A DNA stretch of 64,000 nt from Aggregatilineales bacterium (GCA_963668265.1 OY764157.1:2568528-2632527); one strand, 5' to 3'. Positions 27,393-37,146 are shown, counted from the first letter of the stretch. Numbers and translations are program-made. The notes: generated by a model from the letters alone, not told the origin.

Positions 27393-27421
27393 TTGATTTT
27401 GCGGCAGTTGTGTGCTAACCT
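27393..27421 (+). promoter_or_regulatory. candidate nuo operon promoter (TTGATT-N17-TAACCT with TGn extended -10)
   Basis: TTGATT at 27393-27398 and TGcTAACCT at 27413-27421, 47 nt before the nuoA ATG. Confidence 0.4.
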
Positions 27422-27467
27422 CACTGCAACTTGGATTGTTCCAAAAAGCACAAATGGCTGAACGCTG

Positions 27468-27830
27468 ATGTCGACCGTCCTAGAATTCGGGCCCGTGACC
27501 GCCCTGCTGGTCATTTCCGTGGTCTTGGCGCTGATCATCGCCAACATCTCCCGCGTGATGGGTCCGCGCCGGCCGAGCTACCGCAAGTCCGTGCCCTACG
27601 AGAGCGGCATGAAGCCGATCGGGCCCGCCACCCGCCGCCTGCCGGTCAAGTTCTACCTGGTCGCCGTCCTCTTCATCATCTTTGACATTGAAGTAATCTT
27701 CTTCTTGCCCTGGGCGGTCTCCATGCGCGATTTGGGCGTCTACGGGCTGGCGGTGATGGCGGTCTTCACCCTCATTCTTGTCGTCGGCTTCGTCTATGAA
27801 TGGAAGAAAGGCGGTCTGGAATGGGAGTAA
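27468..27830 (+). CDS. nuoA: NADH-quinone oxidoreductase subunit A
   Basis: YESGMKPIG...[22 protein letters not shown]. First gene of the nuo cluster. Confidence 0.9.
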   Translation: MSTVLEFGPVTALLVISVVLALIIANISRVMGPRRPSYRKSVPYESGMKPIGPATRRLPVKFYLVAVLFIIFDIEVIFFLPWAVSMRDLGVYGLAVMAVFTLILVVGFVYEWKKGGLEWE

Positions 27831-28303
27831 GCTCAAAGCTGGGCAACCTTGGCGTTGTGACCACCACCCTGGAGCAAGCCGTCAACTGGGGGCGCACGGG
27901 CGCGATGTGGCCCCTGCTCTTTGGCTTGGCATGCTGCGCCATTGAATACATGAGCTCGCAAGCCTCAAGCTACGATTTGTCGCGCTTTGGCATGGAGCTG
28001 AACCGGGCGACGCCGCGCCAGGCGGATCTGCTCATCGTCTCGGGCCGCCTGACCCGCAAGATGGCGCCGGTCGTGCGTCAGCTCTACGACCAAATGGCGG
28101 AACCGAAGTGGGTCATTTCCATGGGCGACTGCGCTTCTTGCGGCGGCGTCTACAACAATTACGCTATCGTCCAGGGCGTGGACGAGATCATCCCGGTCGA
28201 TGTCTATATCGCCGGCTGCCCGCCGCGCCCCGAACAGCTGCTGCATGGCATCTTGACGCTTCATGAAAAAGTCCGGGCAGAGCGCATCCCAGATTGGGCC
28301 TAG
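27821..28303 (+). CDS. nuoB: NADH-quinone oxidoreductase subunit B
   Basis: [21 protein letters not shown] and GCPPRPE (N2 cluster ligands). ATG 27821 overlaps the nuoA stop. An alternative ATG lies at 27800. Confidence 0.9.
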   Translation: MGVSSKLGNLGVVTTTLEQAVNWGRTGAMWPLLFGLACCAIEYMSSQASSYDLSRFGMELNRATPRQADLLIVSGRLTRKMAPVVRQLYDQMAEPKWVISMGDCASCGGVYNNYAIVQGVDEIIPVDVYIAGCPPRPEQLLHGILTLHEKVRAERIPDWA

Positions 28304-28335
28304 GCCTCTCTGGCGCGCGAGACAAGGGCGAGGCA

Positions 28336-28905
28336 ATGGAAATCCCTTTGGCGGTCGACCCCGTAAACGCAGCCCGCGAGGCATTTGGCGGCGATATCCT
28401 GCATGCCAAGAGCTTTCGCGGCGAAACCACAATTGTCGCGGCGGCGGACCGCTGCCCCGAAGTGCTGGATTTTCTGCGGGTCAGCCCCGGCCTCGTCTAC
28501 AACATGCTCTCCGATGTCAGCGCGGTTGATTATTACCCCGACGATTATGGCGAGCGCTTTGATGGCGGCGCGCGCGATTACCGTCCGGAGCGCTTTGGCG
28601 TCTCGTACCATGTCTTGTCCATGCTCTACAACCGGCGTTTGCGCGTCAAAGCCTTCGCGTCAGAGGCCGACCCGCGGCTGCCGACAGCGACCGTCGTCTG
28701 GCCCGCCGCCAACTGGCTGGAAAGGGAAATCGCCGATATGATGGGCATCGTCTTCGAGGGGCATCCTGACCAGCGGCGTCTGCTCATGCCGGATGACTGG
28801 CACGGGCACCCCCACCGGCGCGATTATCCGCTGGGCAAGGAGACCGTCGCCTTCTCCTTCAATGTGGACGAAATTCACCAGCACAAGCCCTTCGCCAGGG
28901 ATTAG
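28336..28905 (+). CDS. nuoC: NADH-quinone oxidoreductase subunit C
   Basis: 30-kDa subunit pattern ...VWPAANWLEREIADMMGIVFEGHPDQRRLLMPDDW. ATG 28336 is preferred over the overlapping ORF-track start at 28294. Confidence 0.88.
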   Translation: MEIPLAVDPVNAAREAFGGDILHAKSFRGETTIVAAADRCPEVLDFLRVSPGLVYNMLSDVSAVDYYPDDYGERFDGGARDYRPERFGVSYHVLSMLYNRRLRVKAFASEADPRLPTATVVWPAANWLEREIADMMGIVFEGHPDQRRLLMPDDWHGHPHRRDYPLGKETVAFSFNVDEIHQHKPFARD

Positions 28906-28919
28906 AAGCTGAGGTCCGT

Positions 28920-30188
28920 ATGGCAATCGCAGAGCCAAGGCAATCCATCGAAGAGCAGCGCCGCTGGGAAGGCAGCATTGATCAGCTCCGCGGCCTGGTC
29001 TCGGAGCGCGCCGTCACTGGCGAGACCATGCTGCTCAACATGGGACCGCATCACCCAAGCACCCATGGCGTCCTGCGCTTGCTGCTGGAGCTAGACGGCG
29101 AGCAGATCGTCAGCTGTCTGCCCGATATCGGCTTCCTGCATACTGGCATCGAAAAGTCGCTGGAAGACAAGAGCTACGAAAAAGCCCTGCCCCTGACCGA
29201 CCGCATGGATTATCTCTCGCCGATGTCCAACAACATGGCCTACGCGGCGGCGGTGGAAAAGCTCATCGACCTGGATGTGCCCGAGCGCGGGCAAATCATC
29301 CGCGTCATCTGCCTCGAGCTGGCTCGCTGCGCCAGCCACCTGGTTTGGCTCGGCACCCACGCCATCGACATGGGCGCAATGAGCGTCTTGCTCTACGCTT
29401 TCCGCGAGCGCGAGCGCATCCTCGGCATGTTCGAGATGCTCTCTGGCCAGCGCATGATGAGCAGCTACATCCGTCCCGGCGGAGTCTGGCGCGATGTGCC
29501 TTCCGACTTCCTGCCGACCGTCAAGCAATTCCTGAACGACTTCCCAGCCAAGGTCGACGACTACGAAGCGCTCTTGACCCGCAATCCCATCTGGCGCGAT
29601 CGAGCCCAGGGCGTCGGCGTCATCGAGCCGGACCTGGCCCTGGCCCACGGGATGACCGGTCCCGCCTTGCGCGGCAGCGGCGTCAATTGGGATCTGCGCA
29701 AAGCCCAGCCCTACAGCGGCTACGAGACTTACGATTTTAGTGTGCCCCTGGGCGAGCATGGCGATGTCTACGACCGCTACCTGATTCGCATTCAAGAATT
29801 CCGCGAGAGCATGAAAATCCTCAATCAGGCGGTGGCGCGGCTGGAGCGCGCCGGCGGACCCTATCGCTCGGAGAATCGCAAATACGCGCCGCCCTTGCGC
29901 AGCGAGCTGGGGCAGAGCATGGAAGCGGTGATTCACCATTTCAAGCTCTGGACCTACGGCTACGATGCGCCGGACGACGAAATCTACAGCGCCATCGAGA
30001 GCCCGCGGGGCGAGATCGGCTGTTACATTCACGGGACGGGCGCCAACAAACCGCGGCGGGTCCATTTCAAGACGCCGTCTTTCGTGCACATCAGCGCGCT
30101 GCCCGTCATGTCCAAGGGCTACCTGCTGGCGGACATGGTGGCGATTATCGGCAGCGTCGACATCGTGCTCGGCGATTGCGACCGCTGA
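28920..30188 (+). CDS. nuoD: NADH-quinone oxidoreductase subunit D
   Basis: MLLNMGPHHPSTHGVLRL, ESPRGEIGCYI, DIVLGDCDR. Confidence 0.93.
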   Translation: MAIAEPRQSIEEQRRWEGSIDQLRGLVSERAVTGETMLLNMGPHHPSTHGVLRLLLELDGEQIVSCLPDIGFLHTGIEKSLEDKSYEKALPLTDRMDYLSPMSNNMAYAAAVEKLIDLDVPERGQIIRVICLELARCASHLVWLGTHAIDMGAMSVLLYAFRERERILGMFEMLSGQRMMSSYIRPGGVWRDVPSDFLPTVKQFLNDFPAKVDDYEALLTRNPIWRDRAQGVGVIEPDLALAHGMTGPALRGSGVNWDLRKAQPYSGYETYDFSVPLGEHGDVYDRYLIRIQEFRESMKILNQAVARLERAGGPYRSENRKYAPPLRSELGQSMEAVIHHFKLWTYGYDAPDDEIYSAIESPRGEIGCYIHGTGANKPRRVHFKTPSFVHISALPVMSKGYLLADMVAIIGSVDIVLGDCDR

Positions 30189-30223
30189 GCCAACCGGGCT
30201 CGACTGACCAAGGAAACGCGCGC

Positions 30224-30730
30224 ATGGCGATCATTGGCAACCCGAAATACGAAGAGCGCATCCAGCAGCACCTGGCGAAATACGAGACCAAGCGCTCCGC
30301 CGTGATGCCGCTGCTGTACATCGCCCAGGAAGAATACGGCTGGGTCAATCCCGCCGGGATCGACGAAGTGGCGCGGATCCTCAACCTGGATCCCACCCAG
30401 GTCAAGTCCATCGCCGGCTTCTACACGATGTATTCGGAGAAGCCCAAAGGCAAGTATTGGCTGCAGGTCTGCACGGATCTGCCCTGCGCGTTGCAGGGGG
30501 CGGACGACTTCCACGCCTGGCTGAAAGAAGAACTGGGCGTCGCGGAAGGCGGCACGACTGACGACGGCATGTTCACCGTCGAGCATGTCATGTGCCTGGC
30601 GGCCTGCGACAAAGCGCCCATGCTGCAATGCAACTTTCGGTATGTGGAGAGTCTCGATCAAGACAAAATGCGGGCGCTGCTGGATCAATGGCGGAACGAG
30701 GCGGCGCGAGCCCAAAACGGCAGCGCGTAG
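30224..30730 (+). CDS. nuoE: NADH-quinone oxidoreductase subunit E
   Basis: 2Fe-2S ligand context VCTDLPCALQG ... MCLAACDKAPM. AAGGAAA lies before ATG 30224. Confidence 0.9.
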   Translation: MAIIGNPKYEERIQQHLAKYETKRSAVMPLLYIAQEEYGWVNPAGIDEVARILNLDPTQVKSIAGFYTMYSEKPKGKYWLQVCTDLPCALQGADDFHAWLKEELGVAEGGTTDDGMFTVEHVMCLAACDKAPMLQCNFRYVESLDQDKMRALLDQWRNEAARAQNGSA

Positions 30731-30763
30731 CCGCGGCCCCCGACGGACGAGGATACAAAGGCG

Positions 30764-32017
30764 ATGAAGCATATTCTGTTGCGCGGGCGCGACATCGACA
30801 ATATCAAAGAGCTTGAAGTCTACGAGCGGCACGGCGGCTTCGCCGGCTTGAAACGCTCGCTGTCGCAGAGCCCGACCGAGGTGATCGACGAGGTCAAAGC
30901 CAGCGGCCTGCGCGGGCGCGGCGGCGCGGGCTTCCCCACTGGCGTCAAGTGGAGCTTTATCCCGCAGCGGGAACCGGTGAAGTTCGTCACCGTCAACGCC
31001 GACGAGAGCGAAACCGGCACCTTCAAAGACCGCGAGATCATGGAAGAGAACCCGTATCAGCTGATCGAAGGCTCGCTTATCTGCGCCTACGCGATTCAAG
31101 CCAAGGCGGTATACATCTACCTCCGCGGCGAATTCTGGGACATTGGCGATCAGCTGGACGCCTGCATCGAGGCAATGCGCGCCAAGAACCTGGTCGGCGA
31201 GAACATTCTCGGCTCCGGCTACGACTGCGAGGTCTACACCCACCTCGGCGCCGGCGCCTACATTTGTGGCGAAGAGAGCGCCCTGCTCAACAGCCTCGAG
31301 GGCTACCTGGGGCAGCCCCGCGTGCGACCGCCATTTCCAGCGCAGAAGGGCGGCGGCTTGTACAAAGAAGCGACCGTCGTCAACAATGTGGAGACCCTGG
31401 CGAATGTGCCTTTCATCATGACAGAAGGCGCGGACGCGTTTAAGGCGATCGGCACGGAACAAAGCGCCGGCAACAAAGTGTACTGCGTCAGCGGGCATGT
31501 CAAGCAGCCCGGCAATTATGAGCTGCCGATGGGCACGACTTTCCGCGAGCTGCTCTATGAGCATGCCGGCGGTCCCCGGCACGACGGGCGCGCTTTCAAG
31601 GCGATGCTGCCTTCGGGCGGCTCTGGTCCCATCGTGCCGCTCAGCGACGAGGTGCTGGACACACGGATGAGTTACGAGGACTGCGCCAACATCGGCACGA
31701 TTATCGGCTCCGCTTCCATCATCGTGATGGACGAGACGGTGGACATGACCTGGGTCGCCAGCAAAGTGACCAAGTTTTTCGCTCACGAGAGCTGCGGCAA
31801 GTGCACGCCCTGCCGCGAAGGGACTTACTGGCTGGACAAGGTAATCGACCGCATCCTGGATGGCCGCGGCTCGCCGGACGATGTCAAGCGCATCGCCGAT
31901 GTGGCGGAAAACATGGCGGGCACGACGCTCTGCGCCCTGGGCGATTTCGCCGCCAACCCGATCATCCATACCATTCGCCATTTCCCGGACGATTTCGCCC
32001 AGCATGTGGGCGCGTAG
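30764..32017 (+). CDS. nuoF: NADH-quinone oxidoreductase subunit F
   Basis: GRGGAGFPTGVKW, GAGAYICGEESALLNSLEG, ESCGKCTPCREG. Confidence 0.93.
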   Translation: MKHILLRGRDIDNIKELEVYERHGGFAGLKRSLSQSPTEVIDEVKASGLRGRGGAGFPTGVKWSFIPQREPVKFVTVNADESETGTFKDREIMEENPYQLIEGSLICAYAIQAKAVYIYLRGEFWDIGDQLDACIEAMRAKNLVGENILGSGYDCEVYTHLGAGAYICGEESALLNSLEGYLGQPRVRPPFPAQKGGGLYKEATVVNNVETLANVPFIMTEGADAFKAIGTEQSAGNKVYCVSGHVKQPGNYELPMGTTFRELLYEHAGGPRHDGRAFKAMLPSGGSGPIVPLSDEVLDTRMSYEDCANIGTIIGSASIIVMDETVDMTWVASKVTKFFAHESCGKCTPCREGTYWLDKVIDRILDGRGSPDDVKRIADVAENMAGTTLCALGDFAANPIIHTIRHFPDDFAQHVGA

Positions 32018-32038
32018 CTGCGGGCGAAAGGGCGAGCG

Positions 32039-32362
32039 GTGGCTGCGTGGCCGGGACGGAATGCAATCGCGGCGGGCCTGCGGCGGATCTTGCAATCGCC
32101 GCTGGAGCGCGAGCGCGCCTTCTACCGGCGTTACCGCGAGCTGAGCGAGACGATTGAAGCGGCGCCCGACGACATGATCGCCTTGGTGCTGCGCGGCGAA
32201 CTCAGCCTGGAGCGAGGCGAAGGAAAACGGGCGGAAAAAGATTTCGAGCGCGCCCTCGCCTTGCTGGAAGGCATGGACGAGAACGAGGGCTGGGCGCTGG
32301 TGGAGCAAGTCATGCGCGACCGCGCGCTCTATGGTTTGCGGCTCGCAAAAGCGGGCGCTTAG
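32039..32362 (+). CDS. small TPR-like protein encoded between nuoF and nuoG
   Basis: GTG start after AAGGG. 107 aa with high third-position GC. ALVLRGELSLERGEGKRAEKDFERALALL resembles a TPR unit. It fills an otherwise unexplained 385-nt gap in a tight operon. Confidence 0.5.
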   Translation: MAAWPGRNAIAAGLRRILQSPLERERAFYRRYRELSETIEAAPDDMIALVLRGELSLERGEGKRAEKDFERALALLEGMDENEGWALVEQVMRDRALYGLRLAKAGA

Positions 32363-32402
32363 GGACAGGATGCCAGGGCGAAAGCCAATCTTGGAGGACC
32401 GA

Positions 32403-34931
32403 ATGTCCGACAGCGTGACAATCAATGTCGATGGAAAAGAATACGCGGTTCAGGCCGGGTCCAACCTGGTAGACGCCGCCAAGTGGCATGCCGGCAACGA
32501 CATCCCGGTATTCTGCTACCACCCCAAGATGGAGCCGGTCGGCATGTGCCGAATGTGCCTGGTGGAGCTGGGCACGCCCGCCCGCGACCGCGCCACCGGC
32601 GAAGTCCTGCTCAACGACGACGGCAGCCCCCAGATCCGCTACTTCCCCAAACTGCAGACCGCCTGCACCACGACCGTCAGCGACGGCATGCACATCAAGA
32701 CCAACACGCAGGAGGTCATCGACGCCCGCAACGATGTGCTGGAGTTCCTGCTCAGCAGCCACCCGCTGGATTGCCCGATTTGCGACAAAGGCGGCGAGTG
32801 CCCGCTGCAGAACTTGACGATGCGTCACGGCCCGCAGTCGTCGCGCATGTATTTTGAAGACAAGCAATTGCTGGAAAAACATTACCCCCTGGGCGACTTG
32901 ATCTTTCTCGATCGCGAGCGCTGCATCCAGTGCGCCCGCTGCGTCCGCTTCCAGGACGAGATCGTCGGCGACGATGTGCTGGCTTTTCACGAGCGCGGCA
33001 GACGCCTGCAGATCATCACCAACTCCGAGCCCGGCTTCGATACGTATTTCAGCGGCAACACGACCGACATTTGCCCGGTGGGCGCCTTGACCACGGCCGA
33101 TTTTCGCTTTGGCGCGCGCCCCTGGGAACTGAACGAAGTGGCGAGCGTCTCGCCCTGGGACGCGGCTGGCGAGAACATCAGCCTGAGCATGCGGCTGGAT
33201 CGCGATTTTGGCGGCAAGGCTGTCATCAAGCGGGTGATGCCGCGCCAGAACGAGCGCGTCAATGAAATCTGGATCAGCGACAAGACCCGCTTCGCCCACC
33301 ATTTCACCCGCAGCGAAGACCGCTTGCTCGCGCCCATGTCACGCAGCGGCATCCTCCGCGAATCGAACTGGGCGGCGATCATGCCGGCCCTGGCGGAGGT
33401 CTTGAAGCGGGCCGATGGCGACATTGCCGCGATCGCCGGCAGCTCAACGCCCAATGAAGATCTATGGGAGCTGCGGCAGCTGGTTTTCGGGCTGGGCGGG
33501 ACCCGGCTCGGCGCCTGGATGCCCACTCATGGCGGCGCGGACCTGGTGGCACAGGCCGGCGTCGGCCTCGGCACGAATCTCGGCCAGCTGGGACGGGGCG
33601 ACGCAATCTTGGTCATCGCTTGCGACCTGGAAGAAGAAGTGCCGCTGTGGCGCTTGCGGCTGAAGACCGCCCAGGACCGCGGCGCCTATCTGGTCGTGGC
33701 CAACGCCCGCGGCACGCGTATGGAAGATTTCGCCCTGCATGGCGCGCGCAACGACAAAGTGGTCGAGGGCGACGCCATTCGCTACGGCGCCGGCGAAGCC
33801 GTTTCGGTCATGCGCAGTTTGCGGCGCGATCACCCCGAGATCGCCGAGCGTTTGGCGGGCGCGGAGAACCTGGTCATTGTCGCGGGCGCGGAGGGTTTGA
33901 GCCTGGACGGCAGCCGGGCGCTGTCACAGGCGGCGGCGAATTTCTTGATCGAAAGCAAACATGTCGGGCGGCGCAACAATGGCTTGCTCTGTCCTCTGCC
34001 CGGCGCCAATGGCATGGGCTTGCATTATCTGGGCTATACGCCGGAAGCCAGCCTGGACATCATGGCGAAGCCGCCCAAGGTCTTGATTGTCGCCGGGGCC
34101 GAGCTGCTGGACGAAGACCCGGGGGCCCGCGATTGGCTCAGCCAGGTGGAGACCGTGATCTACGCCAACTTGTTCGACGACGGCGTCTCCGATTTCGCCG
34201 ATTTCGTCTTGCCGCTGCAGTCCTTCGCCGAGCGCGACGGCAGCTTCGTCAATGGCGAGCGGCGCGTCCAGCGCTTCTACACCGCCCAGGGACCCATGGG
34301 ACAGGCGCTGCCGGGCTGGCAGCTCTTCGGCGGCATCCGCGCGGAATTGGGCGCCGCTCCGCTCAAGCCGTCGGCGGCCTTCGTCATGCAAGAAATTGGC
34401 GCGCAAATCGAGGCTTTTGAAGGAATTACTTATCAAGCCCTGGCCCAGGTCAAACGCCAATTCCCCGATGTGGGCGGGCGCGACCTGTATTATGGCGGCA
34501 CGGCTTACAGCAACAGCGGCGGGCTGGGCCTACAGATCCCCGCCTCAGCCGACCAGCGCAAGCCGCGCATGAAAAAAGTCGACTTCGAGGCGTCGGAACC
34601 GCTCAACGAGGGCGAGTCGCTTGTCGCGCCGATCACCCGCCTCTACGATCGGGAGCGCTGCTTCAGGCCGACCCAGATGCTGGCGGCGCGCGTGCCCGAG
34701 CCAATGGCTCTGCTGAACGCGGAAGACGCGAGCGCCATGGGCATCGGGCAGGGCGACATGATCGAGATCCAAGCGGGCGAATCGCTGGTGCAAGTGAAGG
34801 CGCAGCTCCGCGACGATCTTGCTCGCGGCCTCGTGGCGCTGCCCAGGCGCCTCGGCGACGAAGCCGTCCCGCTTTCGGCGACCCGCGGCCGCGTCAGACC
34901 GGTGGCGGAAGCGCTCGCGATGAGCACCTAA
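32403..34931 (+). CDS. nuoG: NADH-quinone oxidoreductase subunit G
   Basis: GGAGGA (32393-32398), then ATG. CYHPKMEPVGMCRMCLVE, HPLDCPICDKGGECPLQ, CIQCARCVRF. Confidence 0.9.
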   Translation: MSDSVTINVDGKEYAVQAGSNLVDAAKWHAGNDIPVFCYHPKMEPVGMCRMCLVELGTPARDRATGEVLLNDDGSPQIRYFPKLQTACTTTVSDGMHIKTNTQEVIDARNDVLEFLLSSHPLDCPICDKGGECPLQNLTMRHGPQSSRMYFEDKQLLEKHYPLGDLIFLDRERCIQCARCVRFQDEIVGDDVLAFHERGRRLQIITNSEPGFDTYFSGNTTDICPVGALTTADFRFGARPWELNEVASVSPWDAAGENISLSMRLDRDFGGKAVIKRVMPRQNERVNEIWISDKTRFAHHFTRSEDRLLAPMSRSGILRESNWAAIMPALAEVLKRADGDIAAIAGSSTPNEDLWELRQLVFGLGGTRLGAWMPTHGGADLVAQAGVGLGTNLGQLGRGDAILVIACDLEEEVPLWRLRLKTAQDRGAYLVVANARGTRMEDFALHGARNDKVVEGDAIRYGAGEAVSVMRSLRRDHPEIAERLAGAENLVIVAGAEGLSLDGSRALSQAAANFLIESKHVGRRNNGLLCPLPGANGMGLHYLGYTPEASLDIMAKPPKVLIVAGAELLDEDPGARDWLSQVETVIYANLFDDGVSDFADFVLPLQSFAERDGSFVNGERRVQRFYTAQGPMGQALPGWQLFGGIRAELGAAPLKPSAAFVMQEIGAQIEAFEGITYQALAQVKRQFPDVGGRDLYYGGTAYSNSGGLGLQIPASADQRKPRMKKVDFEASEPLNEGESLVAPITRLYDRERCFRPTQMLAARVPEPMALLNAEDASAMGIGQGDMIEIQAGESLVQVKAQLRDDLARGLVALPRRLGDEAVPLSATRGRVRPVAEALAMST

Positions 34932-34947
34932 CGAAGGAACAGACGCT

Positions 34948-36519
34948 ATGAGCCGCAACCTGAAAATCGGCATCGCCTTCGTATTGTTGGCCGGATTGGT
35001 CGTCACCCTGCTCGTCGTGGCGCTGGTCGTTGCCAACCTGGGCGCGATCGCCAGCTGGATCGGCTTTGATGAAGCGGGCAACCTGAACGGGCGCGAGGGC
35101 ATGATCGGCATGCTGCTCCACCCGGAGGCCCGAGTCCAGAACCTCGTCCAATGCTCGGACGACGCCGGCTGTTCGGCGCTTTGGCCCATCATTTTCGCCG
35201 CCGGTTTCGCCTTCGTCATCGTCACTGGTTTCGCCTACACCACGCTCCTGGAACGGCGTTTGCTGGCTTTCCTGCAGCATCGCGTCGGTCCCAACCGCGT
35301 CGGTCCTATGGGTTTTATGCAGCCAGCCGCCGATGGCGTAAAGCTGGTATTTAAGGAAGACTTGATGCCGGCTGGCGCAGACAAGTGGGTTTTCCGCCTG
35401 GCGCCGATGATCAAGGTCGTCCCGATTTTGATGATCGCCGCGGTCATCCCCATGGGGCCCGACCTGGTCATCCCCTGGTTCGCGCCCTCCCTGGGCGATG
35501 TCTGGTTCCAGGCGCCCCAAGGCCTGGTCGACTCCAATGTCGGCATCCTCTGGGTCATCGCCATCACCAGCATCGCCACTTATGGCGTCGTGCTCGCGGG
35601 CTGGTCCAGCGACAACAAGTACGCCATGCTCGGCGCGCTGCGAGCCTCGGCCCAGATGATCAGCTACGAGCTCAGCTTCGCGCTGACCCTGGCCGTGCCG
35701 GTGATGATCGTCGGCAGCATGTCCATCGGCGACATCATCGACGCCCAGCGCAATATCTGGGATTGGCTCGTATTCCAAAATCCTCTGGCGGCCGCGGTGC
35801 TCATCCTGGCGCTGCTGGCGGAGACGAACCGCGCCCCCTTCGACCTGACCGAAGCCGAGCAAGAGCTGACCCAGGGCTACATGACAGAGTACAGCGGCAT
35901 GAAATTCGCTCTGTTCATGATGGCGGAATACCTGGGCATGATCGCCGTGAGCCTGGTGGCGGTGGCGGTCTTCTTCGGCGGCTATCACCTCTGGCCAATG
36001 GACGGCTTGCCGATCCTGGCGCCGGTCATCTTCATCCTCAAAGTCTTCCTCATGCTCTGCTTCATGATCTGGATTCGCGCCACCTTGCCGCGCATCCGCT
36101 ACGACCGGCTGATGCAATTCGGCTGGAAAGTGATGATCCCGCTGGGCTTGCTGGCAGTGGCCTGGACGGCGGTGGCGATTGTGATCGGCGATGCCCTGGG
36201 CGGCGCCGCTTATCCCTTCATTTCGGGCGCGGTCTTCATCGTCGTGCTTGCGATTGGCGCCTGGGCGCTGCGCCGCATGAGCCGCGAGCGCGACATTGAA
36301 GAAGCCATCCCGCTGGAGGACGACCCAGCCTACACCGGCGAACGCCGCGGCCTCGGCTGGGCGCTGGCGCACCTGGTCGGCATGCTGGTGGCCATCCCGC
36401 TGGTGCATGTCCGCTTCCAGGTCAAGGCTCTGGAGGGCATGGCGAGTTTCGGGCGCACGCCGGAAGAAGACAGGCTGATGGAAAGCGGCGAAACGGCGCT
36501 CAAGACGGCTGGCGACTAG
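34948..36519 (+). CDS. nuoH: NADH-quinone oxidoreductase subunit H with N- and C-terminal extensions (523 aa)
   Basis: LLERRLLAFLQHRVGPNRVGPMGFMQPAADGVKLVFKED and TEAEQELTQGYMTEYSG motifs. Confidence 0.9.
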   Translation: MSRNLKIGIAFVLLAGLVVTLLVVALVVANLGAIASWIGFDEAGNLNGREGMIGMLLHPEARVQNLVQCSDDAGCSALWPIIFAAGFAFVIVTGFAYTTLLERRLLAFLQHRVGPNRVGPMGFMQPAADGVKLVFKEDLMPAGADKWVFRLAPMIKVVPILMIAAVIPMGPDLVIPWFAPSLGDVWFQAPQGLVDSNVGILWVIAITSIATYGVVLAGWSSDNKYAMLGALRASAQMISYELSFALTLAVPVMIVGSMSIGDIIDAQRNIWDWLVFQNPLAAAVLILALLAETNRAPFDLTEAEQELTQGYMTEYSGMKFALFMMAEYLGMIAVSLVAVAVFFGGYHLWPMDGLPILAPVIFILKVFLMLCFMIWIRATLPRIRYDRLMQFGWKVMIPLGLLAVAWTAVAIVIGDALGGAAYPFISGAVFIVVLAIGAWALRRMSRERDIEEAIPLEDDPAYTGERRGLGWALAHLVGMLVAIPLVHVRFQVKALEGMASFGRTPEEDRLMESGETALKTAGD

Positions 36520-36567
36520 GGCCGCCGCGCAGTGCGACGACAAGAATTGTCTTAAAGGACAGCTGAC

Positions 36568-37062
36568 ATGAACCTGGTAAAAGGCTTTCAGACGACGCTC
36601 AAGCACCTGATGGACGACGCGGTGACGATCCAGTACCCGGAGCAGGTGCAGAAGTTCCAGGATCGCTACAAAGGACGGCATCATCTGCGGCGTTACGAAA
36701 ACGGCCTGGAAAAATGCATCGGCTGCTCGCTCTGCGCCGCCGCTTGCCCGGCCGACGCCATCTGGGTGGAAGCGGCTGAAAACAGCGACGAAGCCCGCTA
36801 CAGCCCCGGCGAACGCTACGCCAAGACCTACGAAATCAACATGCTGCGCTGCATCTTCTGTGGGTACTGCGAAGACGCCTGCCCGACCGAAGCCATCCAG
36901 CTAGGCCACGAGCACCAGATGTCTTTCACCGACCGCCGCGACGCCATCTACACCAAAGACATGCTGATCGACCCGCCGGAAGAAGGCGCGCCGGATACGC
37001 CCCAAGAAGTCGAGGCGGGCGCGTTTGACCGCTCGATCCCGGATATGCAAGACCCGGACTGA
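36568..37062 (+). CDS. nuoI: NADH-quinone oxidoreductase subunit I
   Basis: Two 4Fe-4S motifs: CIGCSLCAAACP and CIFCGYCEDACP. Confidence 0.92.
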   Translation: MNLVKGFQTTLKHLMDDAVTIQYPEQVQKFQDRYKGRHHLRRYENGLEKCIGCSLCAAACPADAIWVEAAENSDEARYSPGERYAKTYEINMLRCIFCGYCEDACPTEAIQLGHEHQMSFTDRRDAIYTKDMLIDPPEEGAPDTPQEVEAGAFDRSIPDMQDPD

Positions 37063-37084
37063 AGACGCGCGGCGCAACTGCAAA

Positions 37085-37113
37085 TTGGATGAGACGGGAC
37101 ATTGTGCTAAAAT
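37085..37113 (+). promoter_or_regulatory. candidate internal promoter (TTGGAT-N17-TAAAAT with TGn) overlapping an AT-rich hairpin
   Basis: TGcTAAAAT at 37105-37113, 34 nt before the nuoJ ATG. Hairpin TTGTGC/GCACAA at 37102-37119. Confidence 0.3.
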
Positions 37114-37146
37114 GCACAAAGTCATGCTGAGCGAGAACTAGAGCCT

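Noticed and set aside
30119-32425. 768-aa minus-strand ORF spanning nuoE, nuoF and the TPR ORF
   Set aside because: It is antisense to genes with clear Fe-S and FMN motifs. This is a high-GC antisense artefact.
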